A stretch of DNA of 64,000 bases, from assembly GCA_963666425.2 (NCBI GenBank), contig OY762825.2:2688001-2752000 (forward strand), read 5' to 3'. The notes beneath the pieces were generated by a model. It did not search any database and was not told the DNA's origin. It saw only the letters and a program-made list of their open reading frames with translations. Below, one piece after another: positions 1-9,456 of this stretch (its first letter is position 1; each line of letters begins with the position of its first letter). Origin of the DNA: Bacillota bacterium (GTDB lineage Bacteria > Bacillota > JAAYKD01). The position numbers and the translations under genes were made by a program.

Positions 1-95
1 CTGACATCGCGATTTTCGATGGCTATCCGTTCTGCAACCTTACTCATTGCGATATGGTCTTCATCGACGGAGAAGTCGTTTTTGAACGCAAATAG
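1..95 (+). CDS. 3' end of a probable metal-dependent amidohydrolase (partial)
   Basis: Frame 3 reads DIAIFDGYPFCNLTHCDMVFIDGEVVFERK*, resembling the C-terminal ADI.i.dgdP...v..vfidG strand of amidohydrolases; TAG at 93-95. Confidence 0.5.
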   Translation, partial: DIAIFDGYPFCNLTHCDMVFIDGEVVFERK

Positions 96-116
96 TACTC
101 ACCATGTCACTGTGCG

Positions 117-153
117 CAGGAGTTGTTCTCATCGTGGAACAACTCCTGTTTTC
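117..153 (+). terminator. Intrinsic terminator
   Basis: CAGGAGTTGTTC-loop-GAACAACTCCTG followed by TTTT. Confidence 0.75.
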
Positions 154-155
154 TA

Positions 156-184
156 TTTACAAAAAGCAACAATACGGGTATAAT
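156..184 (+). promoter_or_regulatory. sigmaA promoter for selD
   Basis: TTTACA(156-161)-17 bp-TATAAT(179-184). Confidence 0.65.
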
Positions 185-218
185 CAACCAAAAGATCAAA
201 ACAGAAGGCGGTTTTTTA

Positions 219-1313
219 ATGAAACAGGAATTTACAACACCGATCAAATTTCTTGGCACGGTCGATCAAACGATCCAACCGGAAAAGCCGATTCGGCTGA
301 CTGCAATGACCAATGCCGCCGGCTGAGCAGCGAAATTGGATCCGACGATCCTGGCGCAAGTTTTGCGCTACTTACCTACTCCCACCGATCCGAATTTACT
401 GGTTGGCATCGAAACCTCGGATGATGCCGCCGTCTATCGCTTAACCGATGATCTGGCTGTCATTCAAACCCTCGATTTTTTCACGCCGATCGTGGATGAT
501 CCCTATTTGTTTGGCCAGATCGCGGCAGCCAATTCCTTGTCCGATATCTATGCCATGGGCGGTAAGCCGATTTTAGCACTGAATATTGTTTGTTTTCCCA
601 ATCATCTTCCTGCGGAAATCCTAGGGGAAATTTTACGCGGCGGTGCCGATAAGGTGACGGAAGCCGGCGCCTCAACGGTTGGCGGCCACTCTGTGCAGGA
701 TAACGAACCAAAATACGGCCTTTCAGTGACCGGCTTGGTTCACCCCAATAAAATTTGGGCCAATAAGGGAGCGCAGGAAGGCGATGTTCTATTGCTGACC
801 AAACCGTTGGGCAGCGGTATATTAAATACGGCTGCTAAAGTTGATTTACTGACTCCTGAAATATTAAGAGAGGCAATTGACTGGATGCGGATGCTCAATC
901 GGAAAGCAGCGGAACTGGCTTATGATTTACCGCTTTCGGCGGTGACAGATATCACCGGCTTTGGCTTCTTAGGTCATCTTTGCGAGATGGCGCAGGGCAG
1001 CGGTAAAAATGTGCAAATTGACAGCTGCAAAATTCCCGTCATGAACGGTGCCAGAGCCATGGCGGAGATGGGCATGATTCCGGCCGGAGCCTACCGCAAT
1101 CGGGAGCATATCAGCCAATGGGTCGATATGGAGCCGAGCGTTCCGCTTTGGCTGCAGGATGTTTTAGTCGATCCGCAGACTTCCGGTGGATTGCTGCTGT
1201 CTTTGCCGCCGCAGGCAGCCGCTGAATTACAAAAACGCTATCAGGCTGCCGGCGTCTTTTACGCGAATGTTGGTCAGGTGCTGGGTAATGGCGGTAAGAT
1301 CCACATCATCTAA
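219..1313 (+). CDS. selD: Selenide, water dikinase (selenophosphate synthetase), selenoprotein
   Basis: ORFs 123..326 and 336..1313 share a frame and are joined by TGA 324-326 in [15 protein letters not shown], the catalytic Cys/Sec-x-x-Lys position; [33 protein letters not shown] motifs. Confidence 0.95.
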
Positions 1314-1346
1314 AACGGCAGCAAGGAACCGGGAAGAGGTGCAAGC

Positions 1347-2090
1347 ATGAAGCAAATCCTGATTGAAACCTGTTGTGCTTCCGCTGCGGATGCGTTTGCT
1401 TCGGCTGCTGCCGGGATCCGGCGCATCGAATTGAACAGTGCTCTGGCCTTGGGTGGTTTGACGCCCAGTATCGGCACTCTCCAGCAGATTAAAGCAAAAA
1501 CCTCGTTATCCGTTATGGCCATGCTGCGCCCGCGCAGTGGGGGGATGTGTTATTCGGAGGACGAATTCGAAACGATGTGTTGGGATGCCAAAGCCTTGCT
1601 GCAGGCCGGCGCCGACGGTTTGGTTTTTGGTGTTTTACAAGCGAACGGTGAGATCGACTGTCAACGCTGCAGCAGAATCCTTACCCTGATCGGCTCAAAA
1701 CAGGCGGTGTTTCACCGGGCTTTTGATCTGACCCCGCAGCCGCTGCAAGCACTGGAACAATTGATTCAGCTTGGCTTTCACCGGATTCTGACCAGCGGTC
1801 AAAAACCTTCTGTTGTTCAGGCGGTTGATCTGATTCGCCATATAGAACAACAAGCAGCGGGGCGCATCGAAATCCTGCCCGGCGGTGGATTAAGGATGCA
1901 GAACGTTGAAGAATTCGTCCGCCAAAGCGGCTGTAGGCAAATTCATATGACACCGCGGATCAGTTATCTGGATCGCTCCGCAGACGGAAATCCGGCGCTG
2001 CATTTTGGTGCGGCCAGCCTGCCGGCTGAGAATGAAGTGAGTTTGGTCGACCGCGCCGCACTGGAACTGCTGCAGATGAAACTCTTATGA
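1347..2090 (+). CDS. cutC: CutC-family copper homeostasis protein
   Basis: RIELNSALALGGLTPS, RPRSGG, FHRAFD, ILTSGQ motifs. Confidence 0.9.
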   Translation: MKQILIETCCASAADAFASAAAGIRRIELNSALALGGLTPSIGTLQQIKAKTSLSVMAMLRPRSGGMCYSEDEFETMCWDAKALLQAGADGLVFGVLQANGEIDCQRCSRILTLIGSKQAVFHRAFDLTPQPLQALEQLIQLGFHRILTSGQKPSVVQAVDLIRHIEQQAAGRIEILPGGGLRMQNVEEFVRQSGCRQIHMTPRISYLDRSADGNPALHFGAASLPAENEVSLVDRAALELLQMKLL

Positions 2091-2221
2091 TGATTATTGC
2101 TAAAAAATCGAAAACAGACAGGATGCTAGAAAGGGATTTTCTTTTCGTATAAAGAATATAGATAGGAGGAATAAGAAATTCTCTTTTTTTTCAATATCAA
2201 AAAAATTAATATGGCTGCATG

Positions 2222-2410
2222 AGATAATCGGGAGAGAGCAGATACCAATGCCACCGAAGGAGCAACGTCCGTTTTGCTAAAACCGGCGAAAACTTTCAGG
2301 TAAAAGGACCGATGATTGACAGCACTCTGGAAAGTTCCCAGAACACCGACGGAGTAAACTCTGTTCTTTTTGTACAGAATGAATCTCTCAGGTTCCAAGG
2401 ACAGAGAAAT
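2222..2410 (+). ncRNA. Tandem glycine riboswitch
   Basis: Two aptamers: GGAGAGA..CACCGAAGGAGCAA..AACTTTCAGGT(AAAAGGAC) and CTCTGGAAAG..CACCGACGGAGTAA..AATCTCTCAGGT..GGACAGAG, directly upstream of the glycine reductase operon. Confidence 0.92.
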
Positions 2411-2460
2411 AGGGCGTTTATTCCCTCTATTCTCTGCTTTTTTTTCGTTTAGGAGACAAT

Positions 2461-2838
2461 ATGAAAAAAGTAATGATCATTACCAATAATCCGCAGGTTG
2501 CCCCGATTGAAGGAGCTGTGTATTATGACGAAACTTTACTGGAAATCCTGACAAGGGTACGTGATTTAGTCCATGCCGGCTATGTCCTGATATCGCATCC
2601 GCTGACCGGCAGTGTGAAACCGAATCAGACACCCTATAAATCGGTGATTTTAGAGCCGAAACCCTTAGCGCAGGTAGACGAATTTTCTCTGCAGATTATT
2701 GAAAGCAGCATGGCTATGACAGCCAAATTACTCATGGATAGACCTTTGAGGCCGCGCAGTGAAGCAATCAAAGCGGATTATGCAATGATTGATCATTCTT
2801 TGATGATGAGCGGGCTGCAAAGTTTGTCACATTTCTAG
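2461..2838 (+). CDS. grdX: GrdX protein
   Basis: IITNNP, VRDLVHAGYVLISHPLTGSVKPNQTPYKS motif; first gene of the grd operon. Confidence 0.9.
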   Translation: MKKVMIITNNPQVAPIEGAVYYDETLLEILTRVRDLVHAGYVLISHPLTGSVKPNQTPYKSVILEPKPLAQVDEFSLQIIESSMAMTAKLLMDRPLRPRSEAIKADYAMIDHSLMMSGLQSLSHF

Positions 2839-2873
2839 ATTTATTTGGAAGGTTCAAAAAGGAGGAGTTTATC

Positions 2874-4097
2874 ATGGCTAATTATAAGTTTGATCTCGTG
2901 ATCGTTGGCGGTGGTCCCGGCGGTTTAGCCGCGGCGATCTATGGTTCCCGTTCCAAGATTTCTACGGTAGTGATTGAAAAAAGCCGTCCCGGCGGCCAAA
3001 TTGCCACGACCGAAGATTGGGAGAATTATCCCGGTGTTCCTCATACCAGCGGTCAGGAAGGAATGAAGGTTTGGGTCGAGCACGCCAAAAAATTCGGAGC
3101 TGAATTTGTCAAAGATGATGTCATTGATATTGTTGATGCCGGTGATTATAAGATCGTCAAAGGCAAAGAGAATACCTTTGAAGCCAAAGTTGTGGTGCTC
3201 TCCGTAGGCGCTGTGCCGCGTGAACTGGGTGTTCCGGGCGAACGTGAATTCAGAGGCAAAGGTGTTTCCTACTGCGCTACCTGCGATGCCGATTTCTTTA
3301 CTGAATTGGATGTCGTGGTGGTTGGTTCCGGTGATCAGGCAGTCGAAGAGGGAATGTATTTAACCAAGTTTGCTGAGAGCGTCACCGTCATTGTTCTGCA
3401 TGACGAAGGAACGCTGGACTGCACGCCTGTCTTAAAAGAACGTGCTTTCCGCAATCCAAAAATGAAATGGGTCTGGAATTCCACGGTCAACGCCATCAAA
3501 GGTGACGGCATCGTCGACACCGTAGAACTGAAGAACATCAAGACCGGCGCAATTTCAGAATTAGCAGCCAATGGCGTTTTCTTCTTTGTTGGAATGGTAC
3601 CGCAAACAGATTGGCTGAAGGGTATTGTTGACATGGACAAACGCGGCTACATTATTGCCAATGAAATGTGTGAAACCAATGTCGACGGGATTTATGCCGT
3701 TGGCGATGCCAGACAAAAATTCCTGCGTCAAGTGGTTACCGCTGCCGCTGACGGCGCCATTGCCGCCACAGCCGCTGAGAAATTTATCCATGAAGAAGAA
3801 GGCTTCCGGGAAACCGTTCTCGATGAGAAGATCCCCGTGGTGGTTTCTTTCTGGAATCCGACCAAACCTTCCACCATGGACCTGAATACTCGCTTGGAAG
3901 CCATGATGGCGCCTTACAAAGGCAAAATCAAACTGGTGAAGATTGATACTTACCGCAATATCCGCATTTCCCGCAAATGTGAGATAAAGGATATTCCGGC
4001 TATCCTGTTGTATAAAGAAGGTAAGATCGTAGCGCGTTTTGATGTTACGATTGATGAAACAGCGCTAGCGGCGAAAATTGCCGAATTGGCGCTCTAA
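2874..4097 (+). CDS. trxB: Thioredoxin reductase with a C-terminal thioredoxin-fold extension
   Basis: GGGPGG FAD motif, GVSYCATCD active site, GD..RQVVTA; extra ~95 aa VVVSFWNPT..IKLVKID..IPAILLYKEG. Confidence 0.93.
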   Translation: MANYKFDLVIVGGGPGGLAAAIYGSRSKISTVVIEKSRPGGQIATTEDWENYPGVPHTSGQEGMKVWVEHAKKFGAEFVKDDVIDIVDAGDYKIVKGKENTFEAKVVVLSVGAVPRELGVPGEREFRGKGVSYCATCDADFFTELDVVVVGSGDQAVEEGMYLTKFAESVTVIVLHDEGTLDCTPVLKERAFRNPKMKWVWNSTVNAIKGDGIVDTVELKNIKTGAISELAANGVFFFVGMVPQTDWLKGIVDMDKRGYIIANEMCETNVDGIYAVGDARQKFLRQVVTAAADGAIAATAAEKFIHEEEGFRETVLDEKIPVVVSFWNPTKPSTMDLNTRLEAMMAPYKGKIKLVKIDTYRNIRISRKCEIKDIPAILLYKEGKIVARFDVTIDETALAAKIAELAL

Positions 4098-4178
4098 ATG
4101 CTGCGAGTGTTCGTCGAATGATTGGATTCGATGGTCGCTTATAGATGGTTTCCGATCACTGTAAAGGAGGTGAAATAG

Positions 4179-4493
4179 ATGGTTGCTTTAACAAAAGAGA
4201 CTTTTGATGCGGAAGTCCGCGAATTTCCAGGAGCTGTTTTGGTAGATTTTTGGTCTCCCAAATGTGATCCCTGCATGGCGCTTCTTCCTTCTGTAGAACA
4301 ATTGGCAGAAGAGTGGGAAGGCAAAGTAAAGTTCTGTAAAGTCAATGCTTTAGAAAACCGCCGCCTTTGCATCAAAGAGAAGGTTCTAGGGCTTCCCACC
4401 ATTCAATTTTATAAAAATGGCGAAAAACTGAACGAACTGACCAAAGACGATGCAACGGAAGACAATATCAAAGCGGAATTAGCAAAATTCTAA
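4179..4493 (+). CDS. trxA: Thioredoxin (glycine reductase type)
   Basis: DFWSPKCDPC, ENRRLCI..VLGLPT. Confidence 0.93.
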   Translation: MVALTKETFDAEVREFPGAVLVDFWSPKCDPCMALLPSVEQLAEEWEGKVKFCKVNALENRRLCIKEKVLGLPTIQFYKNGEKLNELTKDDATEDNIKAELAKF

Positions 4494-4545
4494 TGGTTGT
4501 TATACCCTCGCCAGAAAAGGCGAAGGATATCAGGAGGTGAACCTA

Positions 4546-5832
4546 ATGCGGTTGGAACTTGGTTATATCCATATTAAAGACGTAAAATTCGGCGAAGAAA
4601 CGAAGATCAGCGATGGTACGCTTACGATTAATAAAGCGGCATTACTGGAAGCTGTTGCAGGCGATGAACGCATTGTTTCAGTTGATATTGATATCGTCCA
4701 TCCGGGCGAATCTGTCCGTATTATTCCGGTGAAAGACGTCGTTGAACCCCGCGTAAAAGTAAAAGGTCCCGGCAATGTCTTTCCAGGTATGCTTGGTAAG
4801 GTAGAGATGGTTGGCGAAGGCCGCACCCATGTATTGCAGGGTATGGCTGTTGTCACCACCGGTAAAATCGTTGGTTTCCAGGAAGGTATTATTGATATGA
4901 CCGGTCCTGGTGCAGATTACACTCCGTTCTCCAAGCTGCATAATGTTGTTGTAACAGTCGAGCCAAAAGCTGGCGTTTTACAACATGACCATGAAGCTTC
5001 TGTTCGTATGATCGGATTCAAAGCTGCTGCCTATTTGGCTGAAGCCGGCCGTACTGCCAAAGTTGACGAAGAAAAAGTCTACGAACATCTGCCGATCTTC
5101 AAATCCGCAGAGAAGTATGGCAATTTGCCTAAAGTCGTATACGTATATATGCTGCAAACCCAAGGCTTGCTGCATGACACCTATGTCTACGGCGTAGATG
5201 CAAAACGCATTCTTCCCACTTTAATGTCTCCTACCGAAATGTTTGATGGCGCGATTGTCAGCGGCAACTGTGTGTCTGCCTGCGATAAGAATCCTTCCAT
5301 CGTTCATGAAAACAGCCCAGTCGTTACCGATTTATTGGAACGTCATGGCAAAGATTTCAACTTCATCGGCGTCGTCATCACCAATGAAAATGTAACTTTG
5401 GCTGATAAAGAACGTTCTTCTAACTTCACGACCAAACTGGTTGAGATGTTGGGTGCTGACGCTGTCATTATCTCCGAAGAAGGCTTCGGCAACCCCGATG
5501 CCGACTTGATCATGAACTGTGTCAAACTAGAGAAAAAAGGCGTAAAAACCGTTCTCCTGACCGACGAATATGCCGGCCGCGACGGCGCTTCTCAGTCTTT
5601 AGCAGACGCGAATGTTTTGGGTAATGCTTGTGTCACTGCCGGTAATGCGAATGAAGTCATTTTATTACCGCCGATGGCTAAAGTCATTGGTCATCCCGAA
5701 GTTGCCGATGTGATTGCCGGCGGTTGGAACGGTTCTTTGAGAAAAGACGGCTCCATCGAAGCTGAAATCCAGGTAATTACCGGTGCAACCAACGAAGTGG
5801 GCTATTTCACTTTAACTGCAAAACAAATCTAG
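4546..5832 (+). CDS. grdE: Glycine reductase component B alpha/beta proprotein
   Basis: GFQEGIIDMTGPGA, QGLLHDTY, SGNCVSACDK (pyruvoyl-forming Cys), EEGFGNPD; SD AGGAGGTG. Confidence 0.93.
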   Translation: MRLELGYIHIKDVKFGEETKISDGTLTINKAALLEAVAGDERIVSVDIDIVHPGESVRIIPVKDVVEPRVKVKGPGNVFPGMLGKVEMVGEGRTHVLQGMAVVTTGKIVGFQEGIIDMTGPGADYTPFSKLHNVVVTVEPKAGVLQHDHEASVRMIGFKAAAYLAEAGRTAKVDEEKVYEHLPIFKSAEKYGNLPKVVYVYMLQTQGLLHDTYVYGVDAKRILPTLMSPTEMFDGAIVSGNCVSACDKNPSIVHENSPVVTDLLERHGKDFNFIGVVITNENVTLADKERSSNFTTKLVEMLGADAVIISEEGFGNPDADLIMNCVKLEKKGVKTVLLTDEYAGRDGASQSLADANVLGNACVTAGNANEVILLPPMAKVIGHPEVADVIAGGWNGSLRKDGSIEAEIQVITGATNEVGYFTLTAKQI

Positions 5833-5936
5833 CAAGTCAGTCTCATTTGAAAGCAACATTTCCCGCGAATTACAGTGTTAGGAAAAATTACAGATTTTAG
5901 AATAAATTGAAATTAGTATGGAAGGAGTTGGCGCTC

Positions 5937-6401
5937 GTGTTAAAGGGTAAAAAAGTTGCGATCCTTGGTGATCGTGATGGTATTCCCGGTGGTGCTATTG
6001 AAGCAGTTTTAGCTACAGCCGGTGCAGAAGTGGTCTTTTCGACTACAGAATGCTTCGTCTGAACGGCTGCTGGTGCCATGGATCTGGAAAATCAGGCTCG
6101 GATTAAAAAAGCTGCAGAAGAACTCGGTGCTGAGAATTTAATCGTAATTCTTGGCGGTGCTGAAGCCGAAGCCGCTGGCTTGGCTGCTGAAACCGTTTCT
6201 GCTGGAGATCCGACCTTTGCAGGTCCTTTGGCTGGAGTCTCGTTGGGACTCGCTGTTTATCATGTAATCGAAGATGAAATCAAATCAGAATGTGATGCCG
6301 CTGTTTATGAAGAACAAATTGGTATGATGGAAATGGTGTTGGATGTGGAAGTTATTAAGAGCGAAGTAAGCAGCATCCGCAAACAATATTCAAAATACTA
6401 A
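5937..6401 (+). CDS. grdA: Glycine reductase selenoprotein A
   Basis: GTG start after AAGGAG; [15 protein letters not shown](TGA 6060-6062)[11 protein letters not shown], in frame with ORF 6078..6401. Confidence 0.95.
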
Positions 6402-6441
6402 ATCTTAGTCGACGAAACTTCCAATTGTAGGAGGGAACACT

Positions 6442-7752
6442 ATGAAGAAGATCCGTGTGGTCCACTATATCAACCAGTTCTACGGCCAAATCGGCGGCGA
6501 GGATAAGGCTGATATTGCACCAATTTTGCGTGAAGGTTTTGTTGGGCCTGGTATGCAGATCCAAAACCTGATGCAAGACCGTGGTGAGATTGTCGCAACA
6601 GTCATCTGCGGCGATAACTATTTCAACGAGAACATGGATGAAGCTACGGCTACCATCCTGGGAATGATCGAAAAATTCAATCCTGACATTTTAATTGCCG
6701 GTCCTGCTTTCAATGCCGGACGTTATGGTATGGCCTGCGGTGCAATTTGCAAAGCGGTAAGCGAGAAATTCAATATTCCTACCGTTACCGGTATGTATAT
6801 TGAAAGCCCCGGTGTTGACAGCTACCGTAAATACACCTATATCGTAGAAACTCCCAATTCCGCTGTTGGTATGCGTAAAGCATTGCCGGCAATGGTGAAC
6901 TTTGCCTATAAGCTGGTCGATGGCGTTGAACTGGGTGATCCCAAAGAAGAAGGCTATATCGCCCGTGGTGTTCGCCGCAATTATTTTGCTGCTGACCGCG
7001 GTTCCAAACGTGCTGTTGAAATGCTTGTTAAAAAGATCAATGGACAAGCCTATACAACCGAGTATGCGATGCCTGTATTCGACCGGGTAGAACCGAGTCC
7101 TCAAATCCTGGATATGTCGAAAGCAACGATTGCACTTGTCACCTCCGGCGGCATCGTTCCCAAAGGCAATCCGGATCATATCGAATCATCCTCCGCTTCC
7201 AAGTATGGCAAATACGATCTTGAAGGCGTGAATGGTCTGACAGATGCAACCTATCAGACTGCGCACGGCGGCTATGATCCCGTCTATGCCAACCAGGACC
7301 CGGATCGCGTCCTTCCCGTGGACGTACTGCGCGACCTGGAAGCCGAAGGCAAAATTGGTAAACTCTATCGTTACTATTATGCCACCGTTGGCAATGGCAC
7401 ATCTGTGGCCAATGCCAAAAAATATGCACATGCGATCGGTGAAGAGTTGATTGCGGCTGGAGTCAATGCCGTCATCCTCACCAGTACCTGAGGCACCTGC
7501 ACACGTTGCGGCGCAACGATGGTAAAAGAAATTGAACGTACTGGTCTTCCGGTAGTTCATATGTGCACAGTGGTTCCGATCTCCTTAACAGTCGGTGCAA
7601 ACCGTATTGTTCCTACAGTAGCTATTCCTCATCCGCTGGGCAATCCGAATCTGACCCCGGAAGATGAGAAACATCTCCGTCGTGGTTTGGTAGAAAGAGC
7701 ACTCAAAGCTTTACAAACCGAAGTTCACGAACAGACCGTATTTGAGAAATAG
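6442..7752 (+). CDS. grdB: Glycine reductase component B gamma subunit, selenoprotein B
   Basis: HYINQFYGQIGGE, GPAFNAGRYG, LTST-U(TGA 7489-7491)-GTCTRCGA continuing into ORF 7519..7752. Confidence 0.95.
7504..7518 (+). promoter_or_regulatory. Candidate SECIS hairpin of grdB
   Basis: CGTTGC-GGC-GCAACG stem-loop with a G-rich loop starting 12 nt after the UGA. Confidence 0.65.
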
Positions 7753-7767
7753 TAGCTGCTAAACGAT

Positions 7768-7842
7768 GGTCCCAAGCCTTGCTAGGAGTTTCACAACTCC
7801 TGACGTTACCCTTTTTGAGTAGACGGAAGGCTTGGGGCTTTT
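7768..7842 (+). terminator. Branched hairpin or partial terminator between grdB and grdC
   Basis: CCCAAGCCTT..AAGGCTTGGG outer stem, internal AGGAGTT/AACTCCT hairpin, then TTTT. Confidence 0.6.
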
Positions 7843-7883
7843 CGTATCGTACCTTAAGATTAATTTTTGGAGGTGTCTTCAAA

Positions 7884-9425
7884 ATGTCTTTCCCAGTGAT
7901 AAAAGGGAATGCTTATTCCTTGATCTACACGCCGTCTCTGCTGATTGGTATGGGTACCACGCAGACCAGTGAACGCCGTGCGAATCCAAATTCTGAGTAT
8001 TTACAGCAGATTCCCCAGCATCTTCGCTCTTACGAAGAATGCGTGGCTTACGCTCCCAATCAAGTTTACATTGGCAATTTTCACCCGGAATTTTTGAACA
8101 CAGTTGCCAAACCGATGTGGCAAAAAGAGAATTTACTGGCGAATGCCAGCCACGACGGCAAATACGGCGAAATCATGCCGGAAGCTGAATTCCTTGGGAT
8201 GATTAAAATCGTAGACTCCTTTGACCTGGTCATGTTGGAAACCAGCTTTATGGCTGAAGTCAGTGAAAAACTGGCGAAGCATCCCTTAATGAACGCCAAC
8301 GATTTAAAACGTCTGGGTAAAAGCTATGGCATGGCAGAAGTAGAAGAACAAATCAATACGATGCATGCCGAACCCCTCAAACTCGGCAGCCGCTTGGTTG
8401 GTTGTGTCAAACGCGCTCATGAATACGATGTTTCTTTAACAGCTCATGTCATGGCGGAAAACTATATTGCCAAAGCTTCTGCTACCTTGGTTTTTAAAGA
8501 TCTCCTAGCAAAATCCGCTCTGAAAGTCGAAGAAGTCGATTATATTATCGAATGCTCCGAAGAAGCCTGCGGCGATATGAATCAGCGCGGCGGCGGCAAT
8601 TTTGCTAAATCCATCGGCGAGATGGTGGGTGCTGTCAATGCAACTGGAGCTGATATGCGCGGTTTCTGCGCCGGACCAGCCCATTCTATGATCGCTGCTT
8701 CCGCTCTCGTCAAATCGGGTATTTATAAAAATGTTGTAGTCGTAGCCGGCGGCTGCACCGCCAAGCTCGGTATGAATGGCCGCGATCACGTCAAAAAAGA
8801 TATGCCTTTATTGGAAGACTGCTTAGGCGCTTTTGCTTTCCATATCGGTGAAAATGATGGTATCAACCCGGTGATCCGGACGGATATCGTCGGCCGCCAT
8901 ATGATCGGTTCCGGTTCCGCTCCTCAGGCTGTCATGCAGGCTTTGGTTCTGGATCCCTTGCTGCGCGCTGGAATGACAATTCCCGATATCGAACGTTATG
9001 CTGCGGAATTGCAAAATCCGGAAATTACCGTTCCGGCCGGAGCCGGTGATGTTCCGACAGCCAATTATAAAATGATTGCCGCCCTGGCTGTCATGAAAAA
9101 AATGTTGGAAAGAACAGAAGTCGCTACTTTTGGCGATACGCATGGGATGCCCGGTTTTGCCCCCACGCAAGGGCATATTCCTTCCGGCGTGCCTTATATC
9201 GGTCATGCCTGTGATGCCATGTTAGCCGGTGAATTGAAGAATACCATGATCATTGGCAAAGGTTCTCTGTTCTTGGCTCGTCTGACCAATCTGTTCGATG
9301 GCGTTTCCTTTGTAATTGAAGCGAACGATGGTAAAGTAGAATCGGAAAAGGGTATCAATAAAGAGGAAGTTCGCGGTATGATCGCCGAAGCAATGCGTGA
9401 TTTTGCCAACAGCTTGACAAAATAA
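7884..9425 (+). CDS. grdC: Glycine reductase component C subunit beta
   Basis: YAPNQVYIGN, ECSEEACGDMNQRGGG, RGFCAGP, PTQGHIPSGVP, GKGSLFL; SD GGAGGTG before ATG 7884. Confidence 0.93.
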   Translation: MSFPVIKGNAYSLIYTPSLLIGMGTTQTSERRANPNSEYLQQIPQHLRSYEECVAYAPNQVYIGNFHPEFLNTVAKPMWQKENLLANASHDGKYGEIMPEAEFLGMIKIVDSFDLVMLETSFMAEVSEKLAKHPLMNANDLKRLGKSYGMAEVEEQINTMHAEPLKLGSRLVGCVKRAHEYDVSLTAHVMAENYIAKASATLVFKDLLAKSALKVEEVDYIIECSEEACGDMNQRGGGNFAKSIGEMVGAVNATGADMRGFCAGPAHSMIAASALVKSGIYKNVVVVAGGCTAKLGMNGRDHVKKDMPLLEDCLGAFAFHIGENDGINPVIRTDIVGRHMIGSGSAPQAVMQALVLDPLLRAGMTIPDIERYAAELQNPEITVPAGAGDVPTANYKMIAALAVMKKMLERTEVATFGDTHGMPGFAPTQGHIPSGVPYIGHACDAMLAGELKNTMIIGKGSLFLARLTNLFDGVSFVIEANDGKVESEKGINKEEVRGMIAEAMRDFANSLTK

Positions 9426-9456
9426 CCTCAATGCTTTGATTATGGAGGTGGAAATT

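Noticed and set aside
2088-2093. Sec readthrough at the cutC TGA (and at other TGA-ending genes such as rnfD, GNAT and yaiI)
   Set aside because: The proteins are already full length; cutC ends in tandem TGATGA, and no conserved domain continues past the stops
123-7752. Split ORFs for selD, grdA and grdB as pseudogenes
   Set aside because: Each break is a single in-frame TGA at the known Sec position, and selA, selB, selC and selD are all present
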